Of a stretch of DNA of 64,000 bases, positions 25,385 through 36,373 are shown piece after piece (position 1 is the stretch's first letter; each line of letters begins with the position of its first letter). The notes beneath the pieces were generated by a model. That model did not search any database. It had not been told where the DNA came from and saw only the letters and a list, made by a program, of their open reading frames with translations. A program made the translations under genes and the position numbers. This DNA is from Guillardia theta CCMP2712 (Eukaryota; Protista; Cryptophyta). The DNA lies in the NCBI RefSeq assembly GCF_000315625.1, contig NW_005434667.1, forward strand, positions 673,061-737,060, written 5' to 3'.

Positions 25385-28300
25385 CTACAGGTCGAGGCGG
25401 CAGGTACCTTCCAAACCGACAGCTCGCTGCACGACTGCTCCGTTGGCTCTTTCATTCATCCGAGACTGAGCGATCCGCACGGTGTTCAAGGTTGGCGACA
25501 GCGTACTCTCCATACCCCTTGGACCAGATAAGAAAGGAGAATGAAAATCCATCGATAGCTCCTCACCTGATATGCGAAGTCCCACAGCCGAACCCTGTCG
25601 CTCGCGCTCGCTGCCTCCTGATCCTCCCCTGCTCAAAGAACGCCAATGAGCGCTTCCTTGCGACCAACAACTCACGCCCTCACCAGGAGCCATGAAGTAA
25701 AACCTCCCGTCCTGCTGCCGCCGCATCCCTTGGAAGTCGAGGTAGAGGAAGGGACTCTCTTGCCCCCCACCTCCACTCCCGTTAATCATGCTCGCGATCG
25801 TCATCGCCTGCATCAGGGTGAGTGGAGGAGCAGACAGTCGAGCATTTCTCATCCACCTCCATTGGCAGCGGTTCTAATCGCTCCGCTGCTCTGAGAGCTC
25901 CTTCCACTCCTGGAGGGATGGAGGAGGAGGAAGTTCCGATGCTGCGCAACATGTAAAGGGGGATGTAGAGAGATAGACCGACAAGGAATCGTCAAGTGAG
26001 GCACATGAGTGTAGGAGGGCGAGGGGGGACGGGGAGAGAGAGAGGAGGTAGGGGAGAGAAAGAGAGAGAGAGAGAGAGAGAGGAGAGCATGGAGACCTTT
26101 CAGGGTCCTGTTGTCGATCTTCAGCGACGGAGGGACGCACTCCTTGCCGAAGGTTTACCATCAAGGTGCATCGATCATCGCTGCATCGATCTTGCAGGGC
26201 CTCCCCCTCGGCAACACCCGACCCAGCCATCGAGGCGCTGAAATCGCCCACCCTGACCTGCAGCTTGTCCGCGACGGCGTCCAAGACCTCTGAGAACCTT
26301 GCGACGAGGGGGAAGGTCAAGTGGAATTCTTCATGGCCGACCACCACCACCCGCACTTGCAGCGTCCGCCCATCTTGCCTACTGGCAGCTGCACTCGGAC
26401 CCGGACCCTCCGCGCTCCGGGCTGCCGGGTCGAAGCGAAACTGGTCGGAGAGTCGGAAGCGGGAGTTGAGCCGGCTGACGATCAGGGCGGCAAGGGAGGA
26501 GAACCTGCGGTTGCCCAGGGAGACTTGGAGGCAGTCGATCTCGTTGATCCGCGACCAGACGTCCGACCGGACGTTCCGGACAATGGCCCGGGCCCCCCCG
26601 GGATGCATGACCTGGGCCCAACGGAGATCTCTGCCGGCGCTGGCCACTCCGATGACGAACTCCTTGACGAGGAAGAGAACAGACTGAGAGTCGGGCACGG
26701 CAAACCACCTCCGAGAAGCCTTCCTGCGCTCTTCGAGCGTTGAATAGCAGTCCTTCAGGTCTCGGCACATCTGTAGGAGCGGCTCGCTAAGGAGGTTGCG
26801 GAGATTCCCGTCATCAACGAGGGTGCTGACTTTCCCGACGGCCTCGCCCGTTAGACCCCTCTGACAACGATCTTCACTCCTCGAGGCAGCTTGCAGCTTC
26901 GAGCTGAAGTCGAGTAGGCGGTCCAGGTGCTCGCTGCAGTATCGTGCCATGGCAACATATAGGACGTGATAGAGGTTCCTGCCGTCCCGAGATCGGATGT
27001 CCTTGAAAGACGTGATGCTTGTGAGAGTGAATCCCTCCACGGGGTTCGACCGATGCTGGTTCAGAAAGTTCCCCATGGCCAACACCATGCGCAGGGAAGA
27101 CCTCAAAGGTTCGCTCGTTTGCACTTCCGCGTACACGGCATCGAGCCCTCGCAACTCAGAGAACAAACTCGGGACGTCAGAACAAACACTCAGCAGCTCA
27201 ACTTTCTTCGCCAACCTCGCGAAGTTCTGCTCGTCGAACACGTCGAGCAGAAACGAACTCAAGTCATCAAAGGAGGAAGAACGAGCCTCAGCGTTTGCCA
27301 GTGGGTTCCTGGTCATGAACGTCCTCAGAGCCACCTTGGCTGGACCTTCCGGCCAGAGTCGGTAGCTAGTTTGAAGGTACTTTAGGCTATCATGAACTCT
27401 TCCCATGTTCTCTTCGTTCAACGCCCTTTTCGCGAGGTCGTCTGCGAAGAGTCTTGCCATCTCTTCTCGTTCATACTTGACCCCCAGCACAATCTGAAAA
27501 CCCTCCAGCAGCAAGCTAGCTGAATCATTTCCATACGATTCCAACCTTTCGATGCTAGCAGAGCTACCTCGTTCGAGGATTGCTTTGCTACACTTCTCAA
27601 TCTCTTGCTCAAGGCGAGTCAAGGTAGGGCATCGAAGAATGTTCTCCCGCTGATCCTTTGAAGCAGCTGTATCCGACGGCAACTGCGCAAAGAGCATATC
27701 AAAGTCTTCTTCTTCATCGCAATCGTCTTACGTCTAGGATTCTCCCTATTCCTTTGAGGAAGATTTCCAATGCCGGCGTGGAATTCATCTTGATCAGCTA
27801 ATACCTCTTGATTAGATCTCGATTCAAATGCTACAATGAGATCTTTCATACTTGATTGGTGGGTTTCCCCACAACTACACCCCGTAGGTACCACGGCGGT
27901 GAGAAAGTTGAAGAAACCGCTGCTGACGATGTCAGTTCATGCTATCAAGTCTGTCAGCCTTCATGTATACCAGTCTGCGCCTCGGCTTTCTGCTCTCTGA
28001 ACAAGTCCTGTCAAGATGATCACGATCTCTCACAGAAAGTGCCATCCCAGCAAGTGAAACCTCCAACGCTTCCAGGTCTGTGTGAAGAAACGTTGGGGCA
28101 AAATTGTGGCTCCAGAAAGATCTGATAGCAAGAGTCACTCAAGGAACGCAACAGCGATAACACTAGACCTTTCCGTCGGTAATTGAAAACTAGCTGACCA
28201 GTTGAATTTTGCCGTCCTAAACTGCTTCTTGAAAATATCCTGACATGGCAGAGTTTCGTATGGTCCGGAAGTCCTTGACTTAGCCACGCTGGTGGATGCT

Positions 28301-30862
28301 CCTGAGCGAGGCGGCGGAGGCGGAGGAGGAGGCGGGGGAACAGGAGGAGTAGAAGGTGACGGAGAATGAAGGGATGTGGTAGCTGCATTGTGACCGTCGA
28401 CAACAACTTCATCATGAGAGTGGGTCTCATACTCTGGCAGCCGAGACGTCCGATCAGAAATCCCGACAAGCTTCGCATCAATCTCACCATGGTTAGCATC
28501 CTTGGATGCACCTCGAGATGCAAGTGCATCGAGCATTTCATCCCCCTCTGCCTTGGGTGCGTCCTTCGGAAGGGTCAGCAGGGTCAGGTCGTCTGGAAAA
28601 GCGGTCGGGTGAGATTCAGAAGTCGGGTGAAACCTTGCAAGTTTATCACCTTGAACAGAGCCTGAAAGACGATTCAGAATGTCTGAAGACACTGATTTGC
28701 AAGCGTGGTCCAGATCCGCGACAAAGCTCTGGAGGTTCGACATTGCATTCAGCAAGAACGTCTCTGCTTTCAGGTCGTAGTCTTCAAATGTTCGGCGTCT
28801 GATCACTTGAAATACATCTGAAGAGATCTGATACACAGCCTCTTCAAACTTCGGGCGGTAGTGCTTGACGTACTGCTCTTCTAGTGCAACAACTTCCGGC
28901 GAAAGATTCTACAGGGCATCAGGGGAGATGTGGTAGCAAAACAACTTGCGCTACCTCAAGCCCGTAGTACATCTTTATGGATCTCCAAACCACAAAGAAT
29001 TTCGGGAGGGACGCCTCCAACCTCTGCAGAGACTGCATGGGACGCCTGTTAGTTTACTCCTGGGAGCTCAAGGATCACCTTGACAGCAGAGCTGATCATC
29101 TCAGCTGACTCCAAGACCTTTAATGCCTCGGGGCAACGGACCTGGAGAAAGGCTGCCAGGAAATGAATCAAAGTGGATTTCCCATCGGCCGTCTTCAGGC
29201 TTCTGAGTGATCGCAAAGAGCTCAACCTAAATGGACTCGTCATCGCAGTCTTGCAGGGCAATGCAACTCACTTGAACGACCAGGCTCCACAAGCTGGAAA
29301 CTCATTCATGACATTCCCTAAGAAGCGAACAGTGTAGAGAATGTACAAGAACGATGGGCTAAGACAACACATCGAATCAAAGAAACCCAGGATAAGTGCC
29401 AACTTACCTCGAAAAGATGACTTCAATGACTCTCAGTGCGTCACAGAAACTTTCTTGAATGAGCTGGAACTGAAAACACGTCCGAATCATCGAAATGCGA
29501 CGTTCGAATTCGAGGATCGAAACATGGCCGGTGCTCGATTGTAAGCAGTCAGCATTCCATTTGATCAAGCTATCAAAGTAGACATTGCTAGGAGAGAAGT
29601 TCGTCTTGTTCCCTGCCATAGCATAACTCTTAGCTCTAAGGAGACAATAAGCAAATCAAAGACTACCATGGAACCAGTGGAATGCGTTGACCTCTTGTTG
29701 TGTCGGCACGAAAACGTTTGGACGATCCAACATGACTTCCAGAACATTCAACAGGAAACCAATCGATAACCGTTGTCCACCACGAGGAATTAAGGAGCTG
29801 TAAAAGGTTTCCCAAAGAGACACGTTTGAATACACAAACTTGTAGATCTTTCGCGAGGCGCAGGCAAACTTCAAAATTGTTCGTACACAACTGCATCTCA
29901 CAAGAATTTCTACAATAAGATCCATCGAGAGGGTTGAAAGCAACAAGTCTTGCTCGGATGCTTCCATGAACAACTTCTCGGAGATGATTCTTCCATCCAT
30001 CGATGCGTCCCTCTTTCTTGCCGTTGTATTCACTCCTTGAGTCTGACATTCTACCAATTGGACCTGCTGTAATGCAAGCATAGCATTCCTTACTGCAACT
30101 GCCCTCGAAGTCATCACGTTTTGCATCAGCTCAGCTATGAAGGATGCTTTGGCTTCCACGCGTTCGATCGGTATGGACTGCAGCATGATTTCAACATTCT
30201 GTGTCCGTCTTGCATCCAGCAGTGAAGTCTGGGAAGATCTGTTTCCCCTAGTAGCATCATGAGTAATGTTTGATCCCGTTCTAAAGTGATGATCTAAATC
30301 CTCAAACACAAAATCCTCTAGCTCGACCCAGCCCGGTACAGAAGCGACCCAATGCGATTCCGAGATCAAGTGTCTTGGGACGATCTGTAAAACAAAATTA
30401 GTGGAATAACTCGTGTCTGCAAACTTGCAGCGTATACCTTCCAGTGAACGCCTTTCAACCATCCCACTGTCAATCGAGCTGCTGGATTCCACGGTATGTT
30501 GGGGTTGGGGCTGGATCGAGCTGCCAAGTCCGTGGGTGCAGCAGGAGGAGCAGGTGGTAGCAGAGGGATGTTCTGATCCGCACCCTGCTCCTGGTGTTGT
30601 TCCTCCGCATTTGCATCTCCATGAAATCCAGGCGTATCTGGCAAGGACGCTCGTGCCCAAGGAATCATTCCTAGAGTATCAAAGGTGTAAGAAAGATGCG
30701 CGATAGCAGCAAAGGCGAGGTTAGAAACAGTGAGATATGAATTTCAACAAAAATAGATGGCTACTCAAGTTTTAATGCTCTGTCACCAGTATGACATCCA
30801 CCTTTCATGGTCTCCTCTTCTTGCGTAATCTCGACAGCCTTCATCTCTTGAGTTTCAGCCAT
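25385..30862 (-). CDS. Formin-like protein with two FH1-FH2 modules, F-box insertion and ubiquitin-like domain (multi-exon)
   Basis: FH2-1: LKGVHWK, LLDARRTQNVEIML, RFLGNVMN, FRLSSLRSLRSLKTADGKSTLIHFL. FH1: [15 protein letters not shown]2-2: AKFNW, VLAMGNFLNQ..VEGFTLTSI..RDGRNLYHVL. F-box: LSTLSMDLIVEILVRC..FACASRK..LW. Both ends and exon joins are tentative. Confidence 0.7.
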
Positions 30863-31643
30863 GGTCTCTTGCCGCGCCCTTGTGTGTACCTTTGTTCATC
30901 AGATCCCTAGTCATCTAAGGATTCATACTAATTCTTTGTGCTCGCTACAGCTCGATTCTCCTTCCTTAAAACCATGTCCCACCTCCTCAATCTTCCTGTC
31001 TCGTCCTTGTGCTGGCGTATCTTGATCTTGCCGTTTCCATTGTCGTTCTGGACAGGAGGAAAGGAGGCAGGCGGGGTGAGGACGGAGAGGAGTTGTGCAG
31101 AAATCGATCAGGGCGAGACAGGGTGGATCTAGCAGAAAGGGGGGTGGGTGTGACAGGGTGATACCTAAGGACCGGTACGGCCGGTACATCGTTCCAAATC
31201 GTCCATGAGAGGAGGCCCGATAAGTCTACAAGGGAGGGGTACTGAGCTGTCGCGACTTCAAAAGGTGGGGGTGGGGGTGAACTGCAAGAGGTTTGAGGAG
31301 GGGGGTTCATCTGCACAAAGAATTTTGATATGCGCTAGCGGCTACACCGTGATCGGACATGTACCACGGGCCCGGGCCGGGGCGCGGCGTGGGCCGGTGC
31401 AGTGCCGGCCGTACTAGCGGCTCAGCCGCTCGCCGAGCCGACTCGAGTCCGCCCGGGCGATCCGAACTTTGCCAGCTGGGTAAACAAGATCATCCGAGGG
31501 TCAAGTTAAGTTAAAAATCATGCAGTACGAGGACAATCCGAGTCACTGGGAGAGTCCAGGAGGCTTGAACCTGACACTGTCACACTTACTGGCCCAAACG
31601 GCGAGAAGAGAAAAGACAGCGAGAACCAAAACTCGGCGCCATG

Positions 31644-31852
31644 CCAGCGATCATCGGATATGACACTACGGGACCCCCCCGGTAGTCTACTTATTAGCTA
31701 AACGACACAAAACATAAAATTTCAAAATTCTAAATTTTCCGTCGAAATTATGGATCATTGAAGACCCACACGCCAATATTTCCTTGTGTCTGACTCGTAC
31801 TTCATCCTTTCTATGAAGAACAGGTTGAAGTATAACCAGACCCATGTGTGAT
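31644..31852 (-). ncRNA. Candidate Fanzor omegaRNA (scaffold 31852-31664 plus flanking guide)
   Basis: Stems seen: GTCTG..TACTTCA.CCT.TTCT/AGAA.AGG.TGAAGTA..CAGAC; GGGTC/GATCC; CGAC..TAGAATTT/AAATTTTA..GTCG; ACTAC.GGG/CCC.GTAGT. Located between the Fanzor stop and the element end, where omegaRNAs are encoded. Confidence 0.65.
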
Positions 31853-32262
31853 TCAAGGCCGTTTCAGAAAATCTGGTCGTGCTGGTAGAGACATGTAGCA
31901 CAATAGAATATTCATAGCAGCATTGACATCACGAGACTTGATACGGTTTTGAACACAATTGGTGGATCTGCACCATTTCAAACCCCGCACCACTGACACT
32001 TCGTCAGCAAGTATACCATTCTTGTTGATTTGTTTGCGTCTCAAATCATACAATTCTTGATGACATTGATTGCAACATTTTGTCGTTCTGTATTCATCAA
32101 CTGCCGTCACCTCGAAGAAGTTCTGACATCGCCTTTTGATCCATTTTACAGGCACTGACTTCTCTCCACGCCCAGTACAACCGAATGATGCATCACCGTA
32201 TGCAATTATTGGATTTTGATCTGTCCCATTACCTTTCATCTTCTTGAAGAAAGTGAAAATTG
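31664..32262 (-). mobile_element. 5'-truncated Fanzor-bearing CACTA/EnSpm-like element (right end only)
   Basis: The terminus reads CACTACGGGACCCCCCCGGTAGTC at 31664 on +. Inside lie a structured 3' region and a Fanzor ORF fragment, broken at a poly-C tract. No partner TIR found by eye. Confidence 0.7.
31853..32262 (-). pseudogene. Fanzor1/TnpB-like RuvC nuclease, C-terminal fragment
   Basis: IIAYGDASF, VDEYRTTKCCNQC (catalytic E and Zn finger), LKWCRSTNC, SRDVNAAMNIL (RuvC-III D); RuvC-I and REC/WED are missing. Confidence 0.9.
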
Positions 32263-32289
32263 CCCCCCCCCCCCCCCCCCCCCCCCCCC
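32263..32289. repeat. Poly-C/poly-G homopolymer (~27 nt)
   Basis: Homopolymer at the Fanzor truncation point. Confidence 0.95.
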
Positions 32290-32382
32290 TCCTCTCGTTC
32301 CCCCTCGTTCCTCCTGTGAATAACCATAGCAAACCCTCTCGCAACATCATACAGCAGCTCTTGGGTGAGTCCAGCCAAAACT

Positions 32383-33114
32383 ATGTCCGAAAACAAGCAA
32401 ATGCTTCCTTCCAATGCGCAGAACATTGAAAATGTTCGTAAGAAAACTTTGACTTCTGAGCAAGCGGTTGAGATCTTCGCTCAGAGGAACGTTGAGTCCG
32501 GTTTCATTTCTGTGGAGAGCAATTTTTTGTCGAAGAAGTATGGCGTAAGCGCTAAGACTGTGCGCGACATCTGGAACCGAAAGTCATGGACCGAAGTGAC
32601 AAGGCCGTTGTGGACGGCGAAAGGTAAAGAGCTTGAAGCGTCGAAGGTGCTCCAGCAGCTTGTGAACGAGAATGGAAAGGGCGCAGGCAGATGTGAAAGT
32701 GACAGCCAATCTGAGGAGTGGAATATCTTGTCTACAACATCAGCAGCTGTCGAGAGAAGTCAGTCACGCGAGCGCAGTGTGCTGTTCATAGAGAATCGAG
32801 CAAACACTGACGTGTTGTGCAAGCCTGCACGGGTAGCCGATACGCAACGGATGGTAACGGAGGAGCTGCTGTCGAAGAAGCGAGGGGCGGCTGAGGCGAC
32901 GAGCGATACACAGCAGGTAGAGAAGAGGCAGAAAGCGATGGAACACTTCTCAAAAGGTCCTGCTGTAAAGATGACGAATAGCTGTGGTGTGGCATCAGAG
33001 ATCTCAGCGCTCCTGCAGCTGCTGGTGCAACAGCAGAAGAAGATCATGGACCAGCAGCAGCAGATCTGGTACATTTTCGAGGGGCATGAGCGACGAACTT
33101 TGAAGATGCGTTGA
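32383..33114 (+). CDS. HTH-domain protein 2 (YGVSAKTVRDIW HTH; Gln-rich coiled C-terminus)
   Basis: Intronless ORF; KKTLTSEQAVEIFAQR..LSKKYGVSAKTVRDIWNRKSWTEVTRPLW. Confidence 0.8.
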   Translation: MSENKQMLPSNAQNIENVRKKTLTSEQAVEIFAQRNVESGFISVESNFLSKKYGVSAKTVRDIWNRKSWTEVTRPLWTAKGKELEASKVLQQLVNENGKGAGRCESDSQSEEWNILSTTSAAVERSQSRERSVLFIENRANTDVLCKPARVADTQRMVTEELLSKKRGAAEATSDTQQVEKRQKAMEHFSKGPAVKMTNSCGVASEISALLQLLVQQQKKIMDQQQQIWYIFEGHERRTLKMR

Positions 33115-33299
33115 ATCTCTCGTTGAGCTTCAGAACGCGCCTTCGGTGAGGCTGTTAGGAGGGATAAACGAGGGTGACTTTCGAATTGAAAGCTCTGTCT
33201 GGGTTCTTGACTTCGTGAAGCTATCTCATGAAGCACATGTCAACGGATGATCTTCAGTATTGGAAGAACCAAAACAAATGAGAAAGAAGAGCAGCTGAA

Positions 33300-33810
33300 C
33301 TTTCATCAGGAGTCCGGTCCCGGCAACTGAGTTCAACCCAGTCGGAACTTGATAAATGAAGAGTCTTTTGTGGATGAAGCGACTGATCATACAACGACTC
33401 CTGCGCCGGGTCGAGCCCGGGCTCGGTGGCCCTGGCAGAGGCCCCGGCCGGGTGACTCCGAGTGCGGCAGCTGAAGGCTGTCCGACTCAGTCATCACGGG
33501 CCCGGCCCCGGGTCGACCGACAGCCGCCGCGCTCACTGTGACTGAGCGGCGCACGTGCACTCTACCCCTCTTCTTCATAGCGAAAATGGGGGTGTACAAA
33601 CAAGAATGCTCTAATGGTTTACAAGGTGGGTGGAGAATAGGGAAAACGAGGGGTACTATGACATGGAAAGGTGAGTGGAAAGGGTACTTGGCAAGGATGT
33701 ATGGTCGGTGGGTGGGGTAGCACTGATAATCCCAATGATGAGGGGTATAATTGCAGTGTAAAGGTACCGTGGGGTACTTCTGGATAGGGTGAGGGTAGTC
33801 AAAACCCCTC
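33300..33810. repeat. GC-rich palindromic motif block followed by GGGGTR cluster
   Basis: cccggg/ggccc/ccgagt/actgagcggc motifs, then repeated ggggta[c/g/t]; similar blocks at 31140-31660, 38290-38400 and 43900-44400. Confidence 0.55.
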
Positions 33811-34618
33811 CCAGAGAGTTTGAGTCGCATCCTTCGGATGAACGAATTGACAAGAGTTCTAATTGTATTTTAATAAAGTTATATATTTTGAGAATGCTCT
33901 GTAATTATTACATAATAATTTACTCATCCAATGTTTTCATACAAAAAGAACATTTTATCAATATATATTGTACCATACATTTATTTTATACAAATACAAG
34001 ACGTTCCTGTATGGCAGCGATTTGTGCTAGGGGTATATAGGATCTGCACCGCAGGATACGGGTAGGGTGGTTGAAAGGGTCCTACACGTTCCACCGGTCG
34101 AACCGCAGAGCCGCATTGTTTGCACACCTTTTACCCTCCCGCATCCTCGTCCCATCGCCATCATCAGTACAGTCTCCTCCTCCTCCTCCTCCTCCTCATC
34201 TTTTGTCGCTCTCTCCACTTCGAACTTTGTTTCTACGAAATTCCTTCGCCTTGGTAGCCTGTGACTTGGTAGAGTGCAGAAGTGAATCGGAGGTATTCGC
34301 ATACTTTCGGTGTTTCGTTGTTGAGATTTGCTGAATCCCTTGTTGATTGGCAGAGAGGAGACGAAATCAGTTGGGGCTGTGGGGGCCGAATGAATTGAAC
34401 TTGGCCCCCGTGAAAAAGTCAATCTGGTAACACTTGAATGTGAAAAACTTGCCGCTTATCCTGACGTTGGATTTAAGTCAGTTTAAGTGCAAACTCCCAT
34501 GATCAGATTGTTGGAATTGTGACATTTTGAAGATCAATTGTTAATGAGAAAAGGACGAGAAAGAGCCAAGCGAGATGAATCCCTAACTCTGGAGCCATCC
34601 AGAGAAGCAAAGAAGAAG

Positions 34619-36373
34619 ATGATGAAAAGCTTCAAAGGTGTCAGCTTGACGACTCTAGTGTCGGTAGTAGTCAATGCCTGGATATTGCTGCTCGCCGTTG
34701 CTCGTCGGCGATCTATCGATCCTCCTGGACCTATCGGAGACCTTGATGTCAGAATCCATGCTAACGCGAGAATTCCGATGGATTTCCGGCGGGCATACAT
34801 GGTCTTCTACAAATCCCCTGCGCGCACAATCCCTGCAGCGGTCAAACTAAATTTGCGAGGAGGTTTTGAAGAAAACGATAAGCCAATTGAAAGCAGCAAG
34901 ACCTTGAAACAAGTTCGGTCTGCACAACTTTGTGACGAGGCATGGCAGATCCAAGGGGATGGGCAGGTTGAAGAGGCTGTCAGGCTCTTGAAGGAGGCAC
35001 TTGTGGAGGATCCCACAAACACTGAGGCCATTTCAAAGCTGGGAATGATCTATGAGTATGAGATGGAGGACTACAAAGTTGCCAACATGTTATACCAGAA
35101 GGGACTAAGTATACTTCCGAACAGCTCCACTCTACTTTATGATTATGCTGTATTCTTGCAAGAACGTTTGAAGGATATCGATGGTGCCGAGGAATACTAC
35201 AGGAGAGCCTTGAATCAAAATCCAACTGATCCCAACATCCTCAACAACTATGCGGTATTTTTGAAGGAGCGTCGTAATGATACATTGAGAGCGGATGCCA
35301 TTTTCCGACAATCAATCGAGGTTTCACCGAACTCTACCAGTACATTATGCAATTATGCCACGTTCCTTGAAAGCTCTTTCGGTAAATACGACGAAGCGGA
35401 AGAGGTCTTTCACATACATTATGCTCCATATTGTGCTTTGACCAAATGTCTTGCACAGATGTACAAAAGAGCTCTTGAGATAGAGCCAAATGATGCGTCG
35501 ACTCTGTACAATTTTGCGATCTTTTTGGAGGAAGTCCGAGGCGACATCGATGGTGCAGGTATTTTCCCTTTGTAAACTTCTTGAGTGTAACCCTTCCTGA
35601 CACTTTGTCATGACCATTCAGAAAACATGTATAGGAGAGTCCTTCAAATCGAACCAACGGATAGTGATGCTTTGAACAACCTTGCTTTGATCCTCCAAAA
35701 TTCGAGGGTTGGTTTCAATTTCCACATCGCTCTTATACCTTCTCACTTGGTTGCAGAGTGACTACAATGGAGCGAAGATACTGTTTGAACAGGCTCTGAG
35801 CGCATGTCCTGAGGACTTGTCTACTGTCAACAATTTGGTGATGCTCAGCCCAGAAAAGCGGGGTTGTGTTCTAACAGACAAGTAGGCCGTTCTTTATGAA
35901 GATTGCCTTAACCAACCCGAAGAGGCAGAAAAATGGTACAAGAGGGCCCTGCAGGTTCTTGAGAATTCAAGTCTAAGTCTCCAAACTGCGTTAGCTGATT
36001 ATGGTTTGTAGCTTGGACCAAATGATGTTACCACCCTATGTAATTATGGCGGTTTCCTCAACAATTTTGGTGACAAGGTGCGAATTTGCTTCTTGGACAA
36101 TGAACACTGACACATCGCTCACAGAACGGTGCTGAAGCCTTGTTCGATAAAGTATTTGCTAGTTTCTTGATTGCGATTGGCCGCATGTTTTATTCGTTGT
36201 GATAGGCTCGGTCGATTGATACGCTAATGGCGAATAGATTGATTGAAGCTCAGGTTGGCTTTACAGGTGGAAAAGCAGCATTGGTATTTACGAAATCACA
36301 GGAAAGCAAAGAAGGTGAAACGGATCTTTCGCCTAGCAACGCAACTGGTCCGAGGAAGATGATTAAGGCATAG
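34619..36373 (+). CDS. TPR/HAT-repeat protein with signal peptide and LNLRGG presequence
   Basis: LVSVVVNAWILLLAVA; repeats such as AEEYYRRALNQNPTDPNILNNYAVFL and YKRALEIEPNDASTLYNFAIFL; several short 3' introns. Confidence 0.85.

Noticed and set aside
32263-32350. N-terminal part of the 165-aa Fanzor ORF (MMLREG...poly-Gly)
   Set aside because: Chance read-through across the poly-G junction into the HTH2 upstream region; not Fanzor-like
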